The notes: generated from the letters alone by a model not told the origin. DNA of 37,403 bases from Thermoplasmata archaeon (GCA_030040625.1 JASHTI010000076.1:1-37403); one strand, 5' to 3'. Shown: positions 1-10,023, counted from the stretch's first letter. Translations and numbers: made by a program.

Positions 1-1
1 G

Positions 2-709
2 CGTCAGCAGGAGCTCTACCGTCAGGGGCAGGGCCCGCAGACGGAGGCCGAGCGCCTCTACCACGAGAGCGGAGAGCTCGGCCGCCAGCTCTCACAGCTC
101 CGCCGGGCGGCGGAGCGCGCCCGTCAGGCGATGGAGTCTGCCGTCATTCGCCGGCGCGAGCTGGTCCTGACCTTCGACCGCCATGAGCGGATCAACCCCG
201 AGCAGCTCCGCCGCGAGATCGCGGAGCTCGAGCTGCGTCAGCAGACGCGGGCCCTCCCGATCGAGGAGGAGAACGCCCTCATCGCGGAGCTCCGCCGCAA
301 GACCAAGGCGGTGCAGGAGTTCGAGACGCGGCGGGACCAGGTCGCGCAGCACGAGGTCCAGCGCAAGGAGGCCGACACCGCGATCGTGGCCGCCCGCGCC
401 GAGATCGATCGCATCCTGAAGGAGATGGAGGCGGTCCGCGGAGAGCGCGATCGGCGCAAGGCGGAGATCCCGGTCAACCTCGAGGCGGCGGGCGCGGCGG
501 TGGCCGAGATGCGCACGGCCGGCCGCAGCCGAGCCGAGCTGACGGCCCAGCTCGACGCCCTGGGCCGCGAGATCGCCGAGATCGAGAAGGAGGGCCGGGA
601 GCTGCTCCGGCGCTACCACGAACGGCAGGAGCTGGCCCGGGAGATCATGCGCGAGTACGCCCGTCCGGCCTCGGGCGGTGGCAACGGCGAGGCGACCGGT
701 GCGCCGTAG
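2..709 (+). CDS. Coiled-coil protein, archaeal COG1340-like (5'-partial)
   Basis: Frame is open from base 2 (RQQELYRQ...) through the ORF-track ATG at 131 to TAG at 709. E/R/K/A-rich heptad composition; 'LELRQQTRALPIEEENALI' resembles archaeal coiled-coil proteins. Confidence 0.7.
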   Translation, partial: RQQELYRQGQGPQTEAERLYHESGELGRQLSQLRRAAERARQAMESAVIRRRELVLTFDRHERINPEQLRREIAELELRQQTRALPIEEENALIAELRRKTKAVQEFETRRDQVAQHEVQRKEADTAIVAARAEIDRILKEMEAVRGERDRRKAEIPVNLEAAGAAVAEMRTAGRSRAELTAQLDALGREIAEIEKEGRELLRRYHERQELAREIMREYARPASGGGNGEATGAP

Positions 710-972
710 CCTCCCCCGAGGGGGGTCGCGGCCCCAGCCCCACTCGAACGCGTAGCGGATGCCGCGACAAGGGGGCCGGTGGGCCCCCGGGCCGGGGCGC
801 TCGTGTCGATGGCGTCTCGCTATCCTAGTACTGTCTAGGCGGGCGGTCCGGGGCACCCTCGGCGCCCCCGGGAGAGACTCGGTCGGCTTCCCGGGGGCCC
901 CGGACCCCCCGGCGGGCGTGTCGGAAGGTTTTTGACACCATAGCCCGCTAATCGCTCGCGGTTCCCCCAGTT

Positions 973-2409
973 ATGACGAGGCTATCGAGAACGGATCGCA
1001 CGAAACTCCTGACGACCGCCGGCCTGGCGACGGGAATGCTCCTGGTCGCTCTGCTCGCCGGGACCTCCGCCGCTGCGCCCACGCACCCGTCGGTGTCGCC
1101 CGCGAGCTCGTCCACCGAGCAATGGGCGTTCGGAGGCTCCGTGAGCTCCTCCTACAGCTGCACGACGACCGCCTGTCCCGGTGGAACGCTCAGCGCGAAC
1201 CAGACCCTCGGGATCAGCTACAACGCCCAGCTCCACTGGGCGGTCATCTACACGCGCACGAACGTCTCCGCGAGCCAGGTCGAGCTCAGCGTCAAGGCGG
1301 CGATCGGCGCCTCGGTCTCGCTCAGCTTCTCGGCGTGCGTCACGACCACCACGTGCCAGACCGAATCCCTCTCGGCGTCGGTCAGCGGTTGGGAGACCGC
1401 GGCCGGCTCCACGAACGTGACGACCTCCTCGCTCACGCTCGCGAGCGGGCCGGACGCCCCGGGGCCGGTCACGGCCTTGGCGATCATGAACGCGGCGGCC
1501 TCCCTGGCGTTCAACGTCAGCGGTAACCTGAACCTCAACGTGCCGGGGACCCCGGCGACCACCGCCTCGATCTCCTTCGACGTCGGCGGGCACGGCAGCT
1601 CGACCGTCGACTTCTCCACCCCGCTCGCGATCCTGCCGGTCAGCCCGAACAAGTACGACAACTGGACCAGCAGCGAACCGTTCACGGCGAGCGGCTCGTA
1701 CCTGAGCGGGATCTCCGCTCACGGCACGGAGGACGGGGAGTCGGAGTCGGCCAGCGCCTGGACGCCGGGGAATGTCGCGACCTCGGGGACGATCTCCGTC
1801 GTCGGGAACGACACCGGGACCAGCACCGTCTGGAACAACTACACCACCCCGCACAAGTCCTACACCGTCCAGGACATCCTGCTGAACATCTCCGGGGACA
1901 ACTACACGGCGACCGACGGGTGGGTCCTCTACTCCGGCGCCGCCTTCGAGAACCTCTTCTCCGGCCTCGAGGCCGAGACGGCCCCCGCGATCGCGGCGGT
2001 GACGCCGGCGATCTCGGCCGGCGTCTACAGCGCTCCGGAGAGCGTCTACTACACCTCGGCGAACGGCGTCCTCGGTGAGTCGCTGGTGGGCAACATCTCC
2101 TCGATCGACAGCAGCCTCTCGGGCGCGCCGAGCCTCTCGGTGAACGCGGGCCCGGAGCCCGTCTCCGTCGCCGAGAGCCAGTACAACGCGATCACGGCGG
2201 GACCCGCCGCGGCGGCGTTCCCGCTCGCGCTCGTCCTCGGTGCCGTGGTCGTCGTCGTCGTCGTGGTCGCCGTCGTGGCGCTCGTCATGCGCAACCGGTC
2301 GGCCGGACGACGCCCCCCCACCGCCGACACCCCGCTGAACCCGCCCATGGCCGGTGACACCCCCATGAGCCCCGCGGGCCTGCAGCCGCCGACCGGCGGC
2401 CAGCCGTAG
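973..2409 (+). CDS. Secreted, C-terminally membrane-anchored Ser/Thr-rich surface protein
   Basis: Signal peptide-like N-terminus (LLVALLAGTSAAA), S/T/N-rich beta-like body with many N-x-S/T sequons, poly-Val TM followed by basic MRNR and a Pro-rich tail. Confidence 0.85.
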   Translation: MTRLSRTDRTKLLTTAGLATGMLLVALLAGTSAAAPTHPSVSPASSSTEQWAFGGSVSSSYSCTTTACPGGTLSANQTLGISYNAQLHWAVIYTRTNVSASQVELSVKAAIGASVSLSFSACVTTTTCQTESLSASVSGWETAAGSTNVTTSSLTLASGPDAPGPVTALAIMNAAASLAFNVSGNLNLNVPGTPATTASISFDVGGHGSSTVDFSTPLAILPVSPNKYDNWTSSEPFTASGSYLSGISAHGTEDGESESASAWTPGNVATSGTISVVGNDTGTSTVWNNYTTPHKSYTVQDILLNISGDNYTATDGWVLYSGAAFENLFSGLEAETAPAIAAVTPAISAGVYSAPESVYYTSANGVLGESLVGNISSIDSSLSGAPSLSVNAGPEPVSVAESQYNAITAGPAAAAFPLALVLGAVVVVVVVVAVVALVMRNRSAGRRPPTADTPLNPPMAGDTPMSPAGLQPPTGGQP

Positions 2410-2456
2410 AGAGACGACCGGCCCACCCCGTCCCGGGGCCCAGGCGGGCCCCGGGC

Positions 2457-3386
2457 TCACGCCGGACGGGACCGTTCGCGGCCGGGACGGGCGCGGCTCG
2501 CGCTCCCCCGGTCGTCCGGGCGCCGTCCGGCCGCCACGAGGATCTCGCAGGGAGCTCCGGGCGAGCCCGGGGCGAGGAACGGTGCGACCGCGGTCTCCAC
2601 CTCGGCCCAAGCGGCGGCCTGGTCGGACGCCGACAGGCGCTGGACCGTCGCGCCGAGGATCTCCCGGTAGAACTCCATCAACTTCGTGAGGCTCGGCGGA
2701 CGGAGCGGGCAATCGACAGCCTCCACGGCCACCGACTCGAATCCGACCGAACGGAGGAGGTTTCCCAACCGCACCGGGTCGCTGAGGCTGAACGGCCCCG
2801 GGGCCGCGTCCGGAGGCGGCGGCGGGTGGTCCGGGTCCGCCCAGCGGCTCAGGATCCTCGAGGGGCGTGACAGCACCCCATTCCGGTCCGGTGGCGAGAA
2901 GACGCTGAAGACCAGGCGACCGCCCGGTCGCAGCGTGGGGGCCAGGCGGGCCAGAGCGGTCTCCGGGGCCGCGAAGAACATGAACCCCTGGCGGCAGGCG
3001 ATGGCGTCCAGCGAGCCCGGCGACTGATCCGCCCGCTCACCGTCCATCACTCGGGCCGTCACCTGGCGGAGCTCCTGAAGGTTCTCCGCCATCCGCGCGA
3101 CCATGCGGGGGCCGCTGTCCGTCGCGATGACGTGCCCGCTCGGGCCCACCGCGGCCGCGAGGGCGCGGGTGAAGCCGCCGGTTCCGGCCGCGAGCTCGAG
3201 GACCTGATCGCCGGCCCGCAGCCCCAGGGCGCGCTCCATGTTCGCGGTCGCCGGCGCGAACCAGCTCTCGACCATCGGGGTCCATTCGTCCCAGCGGTCG
3301 GCCCGGGCATCCCATGCCTCGACGGTCGCCTCCTTCGGCGAGCGGGGAGGCGGTGCTTCGTGCGCCGCCGGCATCGCACCGTGCAC
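2457..3386 (-). CDS. Class I SAM-dependent methyltransferase (UbiE-like)
   Basis: Motif I VLELAAGTG, ATDSG, DAIAC, LRPGGRL. Start may be the ATG at 3374. Confidence 0.9.
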   Translation of the reverse strand: MHGAMPAAHEAPPPRSPKEATVEAWDARADRWDEWTPMVESWFAPATANMERALGLRAGDQVLELAAGTGGFTRALAAAVGPSGHVIATDSGPRMVARMAENLQELRQVTARVMDGERADQSPGSLDAIACRQGFMFFAAPETALARLAPTLRPGGRLVFSVFSPPDRNGVLSRPSRILSRWADPDHPPPPPDAAPGPFSLSDPVRLGNLLRSVGFESVAVEAVDCPLRPPSLTKLMEFYREILGATVQRLSASDQAAAWAEVETAVAPFLAPGSPGAPCEILVAAGRRPDDRGSASRARPGRERSRPA

Positions 3387-3504
3387 GGTGGCCTCCTATC
3401 TAATCCCCCACGCTGCCTCCGGCGACTCCGGCCGGGAGCGCGGCGACGCGGGCGGACCGAAGGGGTTAGGTGAAGGGGCCGCTGGCCCCCACCGCGGAGG
3501 AGCG

Positions 3505-4035
3505 GTGGCGGTCGAGGCGAAGCTGGGGGTCCGACTGGAGCGGGCCGCGCCGACCAAGCTCTACCCGTTCACGCGGTTCTTCCGGGGATTCGAGAGGGTC
3601 CCGGCGATCCGCGCGCTCTTCGGGGCGAAGACCGGGAAGGTGCTTCGTTCGCAGAAGGTCGAGTTCTTCTCCGCCCGGTTCGGCTACATGGGGACGAGCG
3701 ACGAGGACGGCCACCTCCTGATCAGCACGCGTCACCTCGCCCGGAGCCCGTTCCGCACCGTCTACCTCGACCTCGTCCACGAGCTGCGTCACGTCAAGCA
3801 GTTCCAGGACGGGCGCCCCCTGTTCTACCCGAAGCTCGCCTACGTCGACGCGCCGAGCGAGATCGAGGCGTACCGTTTCACGGTGGACGAGGGCCGTCGC
3901 ATCGGCCTGACCGACGCACAGCTCTTCGACTACCTCCACACCGAGTGGATGACCCCGGCCGAGCACCGGCGCCTCGCGCGCCGCTGCGGGGTGACGCCCC
4001 GGCCCGCCCCCAAGCGCGGCCGCCGACGCCGCTGA
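3505..4035 (+). CDS. Small HExxH putative zinc metallopeptidase-like protein
   Basis: GGAGG at 3496-3500 before GTG 3505; VHELRHVKQ motif and downstream EIEAY glutamates. Confidence 0.7.
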   Translation: MAVEAKLGVRLERAAPTKLYPFTRFFRGFERVPAIRALFGAKTGKVLRSQKVEFFSARFGYMGTSDEDGHLLISTRHLARSPFRTVYLDLVHELRHVKQFQDGRPLFYPKLAYVDAPSEIEAYRFTVDEGRRIGLTDAQLFDYLHTEWMTPAEHRRLARRCGVTPRPAPKRGRRRR

Positions 4036-4050
4036 GCCGGCCGCCGCCTT

Positions 4051-5433
4051 CTACAGGATGATCCGTTCCGGCTCGACGTCGCGCCGTTCCAGCGAGAGGC
4101 GCTCAGGGCGGTACGTCTCGCCGGTGAACAGCCGCGCCTCGTGCCGACCGCGGCAGGCCGCCGCCGCCAGCCGTCCGAGGGCGTCGGCCTTCATGATCCC
4201 GCTACCGGAGTCGCCGCCCACGAACGTCACGCCGTAGGCCGTCGTGACCAGCACCGGCAGGCCGTCCGGGCTGAAGCTGTAGTAGCCGCCCCAGCTCGAC
4301 TCGAGCCGGGCGCCACCCGACTCGAGCGCCGGGAAGTACGGGCTGATCGCCGGAAGGAGATCGGTGGCGTAGGCCGAGCGGTCGCCGAGCCGGCCCATGT
4401 CAAAGTCGAGCCGCCCGTCACGCGCCGGGTCCTCTCGGGTGCCGATCGGGTGCGTCAGCGTCTCGACGCCGCCCAGCCAGAGCCGGCGCTGGCGGAAGAT
4501 CGGCTTGATGGTCGCGCCGGTCGGCAGGATCAGGAACGGGCACCGGCCCCGCCCGTCCGTCGAGTCGAGCGGATGCACCGGGGCGCTCCAGTCGAGGATC
4601 TCCTCCGCCGCCGGGCCGGCGACCGAGAAGAGCCGCTGGGCCCGAGGGCTGCAACCGGTGGCGAAGCCGAGCGGGTGCAGGATCCGGTCGGACCAGGCAC
4701 CCCCGGCGACGACCACGCGATCGGCGGCGGTGGACCGGTCATCGCCGAAGTGCACGCGGGCGATCCGCAGGCGACCGGCCATCTGCTCCTGGAATCCGTA
4801 CGGCCGCCCGTCCGGCTCGTGGCGCAGGATCTCCGGGCGCCCCTCGAACGAGAGACGCCGCACGGTCTGCCCGAACGCGAACTCGACCCCGCGCCGCTCG
4901 GCGGCCTCGCGGTAGAAGCGGGCGAGGAGCTCCGGAGCGATCGCGCCGCAGTTGCGCCCGAAGAGGCCACCGGTGATCGGCTCGGGAGGTGGCGCGTCGT
5001 CCCCCTCGTACCACCGGGCCGGCGCGACGCTCAGCCCCGGGCAGCCCCGGAGCTCCTCCAGCCCCAGCAGCTCCGCGTCGATCGCCCCGCGATTGTGGGC
5101 GACCAGGGCGCCGTACTCCTCCTGCAGGCGTTCGGGCAGGAGCCAGAGGTAGCCGTACCGGTCGAGCAGCGGCACCGGCGCGCGGAGCTCGGGGTGCTCC
5201 GCCATGAGCTGGACGTAGAAGGCGATCGAGCTGCCCGCGAGGAGCCGGTTGTCCCGCGAGCTGAAGACGTCGCGGGCCATCGCATTGCTCGCGCCCATCG
5301 AGCCCTCGCCGGGGCCGTCCCGGGCGTCGACCACGAGGATCGACCGCTCGGCCGCCTCCGCCGCGAGGTGGTAGGCGGTGGCGAGCCCGAACGGGCCGGC
5401 GCCGACGATCACGATGTCGTAGCGATCGCGCAC
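4051..5433 (-). CDS. FAD-dependent oxidoreductase (DAO/sarcosine oxidase beta family)
   Basis: N-terminal dinucleotide-binding YDIVIVGAGPFG, VVVAGGAWS, SPDGLP and GSGIMKADALG motifs. Confidence 0.9.
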   Translation of the reverse strand: MRDRYDIVIVGAGPFGLATAYHLAAEAAERSILVVDARDGPGEGSMGASNAMARDVFSSRDNRLLAGSSIAFYVQLMAEHPELRAPVPLLDRYGYLWLLPERLQEEYGALVAHNRGAIDAELLGLEELRGCPGLSVAPARWYEGDDAPPPEPITGGLFGRNCGAIAPELLARFYREAAERRGVEFAFGQTVRRLSFEGRPEILRHEPDGRPYGFQEQMAGRLRIARVHFGDDRSTAADRVVVAGGAWSDRILHPLGFATGCSPRAQRLFSVAGPAAEEILDWSAPVHPLDSTDGRGRCPFLILPTGATIKPIFRQRRLWLGGVETLTHPIGTREDPARDGRLDFDMGRLGDRSAYATDLLPAISPYFPALESGGARLESSWGGYYSFSPDGLPVLVTTAYGVTFVGGDSGSGIMKADALGRLAAAACRGRHEARLFTGETYRPERLSLERRDVEPERIIL

Positions 5434-5536
5434 GCGCCGGGGCCCTCCGTCCCGCTCGGACGGCGGACGTGCATATGAGTCGCGAGCCGGGCGCTGGAAA
5501 GCTTATCGCGCCGCGCCCTCCCACGGCGGCGAAGCG

Positions 5537-6286
5537 ATGCGCGGTGCCCTGAAGCGACGACTCCTCGGCTCCCGGGAGACCTCCTACGGTACGTGGATCG
5601 CGTCGTCGTCGCTCGTCTGCGCGGACGCGCTGCGCGGTGCCGGCTTAGACTGGTTCATGATCGACACCGAGCACGCCCAGGTCAATCCCGAGACGCTGGC
5701 GGCGCTGGTGGCGCCGGCCGGGGAGGCGGCCCCCGTGCCGCTGGTCCGGGTGGGCAACGTCGACCTCTACCTCATCAAGCAGGCGCTGGACGCCGGTGCC
5801 CACGGGATCCTCGTCCCGCTCGTGAACACCGAGGCGCAGGCGCGGGCGGTGGTCGCCTACGCCAAGTACCCACCGGACGGCGTGCGCGGCATCGCCGCCG
5901 CCCCGGCGTCCCGGTACGGACGCGAGCTGGCCGGCTACCTGCGCAGCGCGAACGCCGAGACCCTGGTGGGGATCCAGATCGAGACCCGCGAGGCGCTCGA
6001 CAATCTCGAGGCGCTCGCAGCGGTGGAAGGGATCGACCTGCTCTTCGTGGGACCGCAGGACCTCACGCTCAACCTGGGACTGGTGGACGATCGCAAGCAC
6101 CCGCGTCTGCGGGAGGCGATGCGGCAGGTCGTCGCCGCCTGCGAGAAGCACGGGAAGATCCCCGGCACGCTCGTGATCGACGCGGCGGAGAAGCGGGCCG
6201 CGGCCGAGCTCGGCTTCCGCTTCGTCTCGCTGGCCTCCGACGTGCGGTTCCTCCTGAACGGCGCGAAGGCGTTCCTCGAGAGCTGA
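5537..6286 (+). CDS. HpcH/HpaI family aldolase
   Basis: DWFMIDTEH, ALDAGA, YPPDGVRG, QIET and FVGPQDL motifs. Confidence 0.93.
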   Translation: MRGALKRRLLGSRETSYGTWIASSSLVCADALRGAGLDWFMIDTEHAQVNPETLAALVAPAGEAAPVPLVRVGNVDLYLIKQALDAGAHGILVPLVNTEAQARAVVAYAKYPPDGVRGIAAAPASRYGRELAGYLRSANAETLVGIQIETREALDNLEALAAVEGIDLLFVGPQDLTLNLGLVDDRKHPRLREAMRQVVAACEKHGKIPGTLVIDAAEKRAAAELGFRFVSLASDVRFLLNGAKAFLES

Positions 6287-6304
6287 GCCGATCCGCCCAC
6301 GGCC

Positions 6305-7147
6305 CTACGGCCCGTGGGAGCGGCCCCGCCGGAAACCGCGGGATCGCCCGGTCGTGGCCCCCGGGGTGGACGACGGCGCGCCCGTGATCGCCGCGAGGTC
6401 CGTCTGCAGCTGGGCGAGGTCGAAGCCGGCCGGCGAGCGGCCCCCGCTCTCGATCCAGTCGGCGTCCGACAGCAGGGCGTACGCCTCGTCGCAGTACGCC
6501 TGGAGGAACGCCCACGACGCCGTCTTGACCGCGCCCCAGGTGACGAGGCTCACCACGTCGGCGGTGTAGCCGAGGACCGGGACGCAGTGGCCGTTCTGCG
6601 GATCCGGGGCCCAGTCCGGTCCGACCGCGCCGCTCGGAGGCAGTTCCCAGGGGACCGTCAGCGGGTCCCCCGCCTGCACCACCGCGTCGGGGAGCTCCAG
6701 CCCGACGAACGCTCCGCCGAAGAGGTAGACCGACTGCTGGAGCTCGCGGGTCACGGCCGGGTTGACCGCCGCGAAGGCGCTCAGGACATCCGACCTCGGG
6801 CCGAGCGGGACCCCCGCCCGCCATCGCTTGAGGAAATCCAGGATCACGACACCATCGTTCTGCGGGCTCACGACCCGATAGAGGGCGACGACCTGCGCCT
6901 CGGTGACAACCTCCGGGGCGGCGGGGCTGGCGTTGTCGCTCCACGCCTCGATCTGGTGCGCGGCGGCCGCGACGACGCAGTCTCCGAGCGTCGCGTTCGA
7001 GTCCATGCCCCAGCCTCCGGACGGCGTCGCCGTCTGCCACGCCACGGTCGGCGGAGGGGCCGGCGTGTCGGGCGCCAGGTAGCGCGCGAGGCGCAGGGTC
7101 CGGGGATCGACCCGACGCGGCTTCTTGCCGAGCTGGTACTTCGCCAT
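6305..7147 (-). CDS. Papain-like (C1A-related) cysteine peptidase-like protein
   Basis: ATG at 7147 (MAKYQLGKK...); GDCVVAAAAH (Cys), NGHCVPVLGY (His) and VTWG occur in papain order. Confidence 0.7.
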   Translation of the reverse strand: MAKYQLGKKPRRVDPRTLRLARYLAPDTPAPPPTVAWQTATPSGGWGMDSNATLGDCVVAAAAHQIEAWSDNASPAAPEVVTEAQVVALYRVVSPQNDGVVILDFLKRWRAGVPLGPRSDVLSAFAAVNPAVTRELQQSVYLFGGAFVGLELPDAVVQAGDPLTVPWELPPSGAVGPDWAPDPQNGHCVPVLGYTADVVSLVTWGAVKTASWAFLQAYCDEAYALLSDADWIESGGRSPAGFDLAQLQTDLAAITGAPSSTPGATTGRSRGFRRGRSHGP

Positions 7148-7358
7148 GCGCCCACCATGGGAGAGGGCCCGCAAGGGCTTTCCGGGGACCCTCGTCCGTT
7201 CCGTCGGCGAACCGAACTCGCGGGTCCGCGTACCGAAGGCTGCGGAGCGTGCTCCGGGTTCGCAAGCTACCGTCCCGGGAGATGCGGCCGCCTCACCGGC
7301 GAGAAAATCGCCGGCCCGGCCCGTCAGTTTAAGGACCCCGCTCGGGCCTCTCCGGACC

Positions 7359-8126
7359 ATGCGCGGCCGCCGGACGCAGCCTGGCCCCAACGGAGCGTGG
7401 GACCCGATACCCGACCCTGCCGAGAAGTTCTCCAGCGGGATCCCGGACTTCGACCGTCTGCTCCGCGGAGGTCTTCCCCGGGGCGGCACGGCGCTCCTGA
7501 ACTGCGACGAGACCGTGGGGCCGGAGGACCTGGACCTCCTCCTGTTCCCGACGTTCCTGAACTTCCTCTACCAGTCGCGGGGGATCGTTGCCGTCCTGCC
7601 CTCGCGGGAGACGCCCCATGGGTTCCGTGACCGGCTGACCCGCTTCGCGACCCGACGCCGCTTCGATAGCCGGGTACGCGTGATCGACTACATCGGGGAG
7701 GACCGGGGGCTCCCGTACGTCGTGAACCTCGCCGACGCCGACGCGAACCCGATCGCGCGGAAGTCGGCGACCGCCAAGGTCATCGCGGCGGAGCGGCAGG
7801 CTCGGGGCAACCGGCGGCACCCGATCCTCGAGTTCAACGCCTTCGAGGTCTTCGACACGCTGATGGGGTCGGAGAAGGCGTTGAAGATGTTCTACTACGG
7901 GCTGAAGCGCATCCGCGCCCTCGGGAACCTCGGCGTGGGGGTCCTGGCGCCGGGCGTAGGCTGCGCGGCCGGCGTCCGCAGGATGTGCGACCTTGAGTTC
8001 GCGGTCCACCGCGACGAGGTCGGCCTCGTCATCCGCGGCGTCCGACCGTCGTTCCCGAGCCACGTCGTGACTCCCGATCCAACCCACGGCCTCCCGAGGG
8101 CCACCTTCGTTCCCCGGCCGGCCTGA
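7359..8126 (+). CDS. GvpD C-terminal/KaiC-RAD55-like domain protein with degenerate P-loop
   Basis: FSSGIPDFDRLLRGGLPRGG RecA-superfamily start but no GxxGxGKT; TTTAAG at 7328-7333, 25 nt upstream of ATG 7359. Confidence 0.7.
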   Translation: MRGRRTQPGPNGAWDPIPDPAEKFSSGIPDFDRLLRGGLPRGGTALLNCDETVGPEDLDLLLFPTFLNFLYQSRGIVAVLPSRETPHGFRDRLTRFATRRRFDSRVRVIDYIGEDRGLPYVVNLADADANPIARKSATAKVIAAERQARGNRRHPILEFNAFEVFDTLMGSEKALKMFYYGLKRIRALGNLGVGVLAPGVGCAAGVRRMCDLEFAVHRDEVGLVIRGVRPSFPSHVVTPDPTHGLPRATFVPRPA

Positions 8127-8145
8127 CCGGGCCCGCAGGGTACGG

Positions 8146-9405
8146 TCAGCCGGTCCTCGGCGCGGAGATAGGTGCGGTCCCCGCACGGAGCGCGCGCACG
8201 TAGGGCCGGGCCGCGAGCGGGGAGACGAGCGTGGTCACGAGCCCCACGCCCGCGACGATGGTGAACAGGCGGGTCGAGAAGATGCCGAGCGAGAGCAGGC
8301 TCACCGCCATCGCGAGCTCGACCGCTCCGCGGCTGGCGAGCAGGAAGCCGGCGCCGGTCGCCTCGGCCCGGCTGAAGCCGAAGCGGCGTGCCAGCCCCTG
8401 CCCGAGCAGCAGCTTGGCGAGCAGCGCGAAGCCGCACAGCGCCGCGAACGCCCCGAGGTCGGCCGGCGTGTCGCCGAGCAGGCGGAGATTCATCTGGAGG
8501 CCGACGAGGGCGAAGAAGAGCGGGATGAAGAATCCCCACGTGATCATGTCGAAGACCTGGCGCACGGCCCGGTACGCCTCCGCGCCCGCCCGCTCGGGCG
8601 TGACGAGGAGCCCCGCGCAGAAGGCGCCGACGAGATAGGTGAGGCCGAGCACCTGAGAGTACAGCGCGGCGCCGAGCGCGGCGACGAGCATCAGCGCGAA
8701 GCCGGCCTCCTGGGAGCGCCAGGTACGCCGCACACGATCGACGAGCCGATCCCACAGGCGGGTCTGCCGCAGGGCGCCGAGGAGGACGTCGGCCGCGAGA
8801 ACGCTGGCCAGGAAGATCGCGACGGCGAGCAGCGCGATTCCGACGTCCTCGCCGACGCTCCCCGAAGTGGTGCGGAACCGCAGGAGGATCGCGAACGCGG
8901 TGACCGCGGCGAGCTCGTTGACGAAGGCGCCGCTGACGAGCAGCGCCCCGTAGCGGCTCGGAAGCAGACCGAACTCCCGGAGCATCACGGCGAGCACCGG
9001 GAGCGCGGTGACGGAGATCGTGAGCGACACGAAGACCGCGGTGAGCGTGGGGAGGTTCGGGTACAGGAGGCGAACGACCTCGATCCCCAGCGCGAACGGG
9101 ACCAGGAAGATCGTCAGACCGAGGACCGCGGCGGCCGGCCCCGTCGATCGGACCTGGTCGCGGGTGACCGCAAGCCCGGCGGCGAGAAGGACGAAGAAGG
9201 TGGCGAGGACCTGCAGGTCCTGGAAGCCCGTCGGCAGGCTGCCCAGACCGAGGGCGGGCCCGAGGAGCGTCGGCCCGAACACGATCCCGACGGCGAGCTG
9301 GCCGATGAGCGGAAGGACGCCGAGGCGGCTGATCGCCTCGCCGACCAGGACGGAGCAGGCGAGGAGGAGGAAGACGCCTACGATGAAGAGGGTCGTGGCG
9401 TTCAC
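8146..9405 (-). CDS. Cation:proton antiporter (CPA2/Kef-type, Na_H_Exchanger)
   Basis: About 12 TM helices; GIVFGPTLLG, SVTALPVL, FFIPLFFALVGL and SRGAVEL motifs. Confidence 0.92.
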   Translation of the reverse strand: MNATTLFIVGVFLLLACSVLVGEAISRLGVLPLIGQLAVGIVFGPTLLGPALGLGSLPTGFQDLQVLATFFVLLAAGLAVTRDQVRSTGPAAAVLGLTIFLVPFALGIEVVRLLYPNLPTLTAVFVSLTISVTALPVLAVMLREFGLLPSRYGALLVSGAFVNELAAVTAFAILLRFRTTSGSVGEDVGIALLAVAIFLASVLAADVLLGALRQTRLWDRLVDRVRRTWRSQEAGFALMLVAALGAALYSQVLGLTYLVGAFCAGLLVTPERAGAEAYRAVRQVFDMITWGFFIPLFFALVGLQMNLRLLGDTPADLGAFAALCGFALLAKLLLGQGLARRFGFSRAEATGAGFLLASRGAVELAMAVSLLSLGIFSTRLFTIVAGVGLVTTLVSPLAARPYVRALRAGTAPISAPRTG

Positions 9406-9588
9406 GTCGCACGCTCCGGAAGGAAGGCCCCGGGATCGTTGGCCCCGCAGGATTCGGGAGGGGCGCCCCCCGCGCCGGCCGCCACGATGGGTCCCGTCCT
9501 CACGCGTGTCCTTCCATTCCGCGGATGGTGCCAGGGAGCGGGTCCCGGTTCAACAACCTTCCGGCGCCGAGCGGGCCGGAGGCGGCGG

Positions 9589-9969
9589 CTATGCGCTGAG
9601 CTCGATCCAGATCCCGTTCGGGTCTCGAAGGTAGACCCAGCGGCTCCGGGGGGTGCGCACCTCGTGGGCTACAGGGGCCCCCGCGGCGGCCGCCTCCGCG
9701 ATCGCACGATCCAGGTCCGGGACCCGGAAGGCGAGGTGATCCAGCCCCTCGCCCGCCGTGAACGGCACGTCGAACCGGCTGCCCGGTTCGTAGTAGTTGA
9801 GCTCCAGCGGGTGGGACGATCCCTCGCTCACGAGGTCGACCACAACTCCGTGGCTCTCCGGTATCGTCGCGCGACCACGGACGGTCATCCCGAGGACGTT
9901 CGTGTAGAACGCGAGGGAGGCGTCGAGGTCCTTCACACGGATCCCGGTGTAGTGGAACTGGGCGTTCAT
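9589..9969 (-). CDS. VOC family protein (lactoylglutathione lyase-like)
   Basis: YTGIRVKDLDASLAFY, LELNYY, LDHLAF, LRDPNGIWIEL. Confidence 0.9.
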   Translation of the reverse strand: MNAQFHYTGIRVKDLDASLAFYTNVLGMTVRGRATIPESHGVVVDLVSEGSSHPLELNYYEPGSRFDVPFTAGEGLDHLAFRVPDLDRAIAEAAAAGAPVAHEVRTPRSRWVYLRDPNGIWIELSA

Positions 9970-10023
9970 CCGCCGCCGGAGGACCGTCATCGCCATAACG
10001 GTGGGTCGGCGCGCGGGGTCGGC

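Noticed and set aside
845..906. Nested GC-rich hairpin upstream of the surface protein gene
   Set aside because: Built from G/C runs that pair easily by chance in this composition; no recognisable RNA family.
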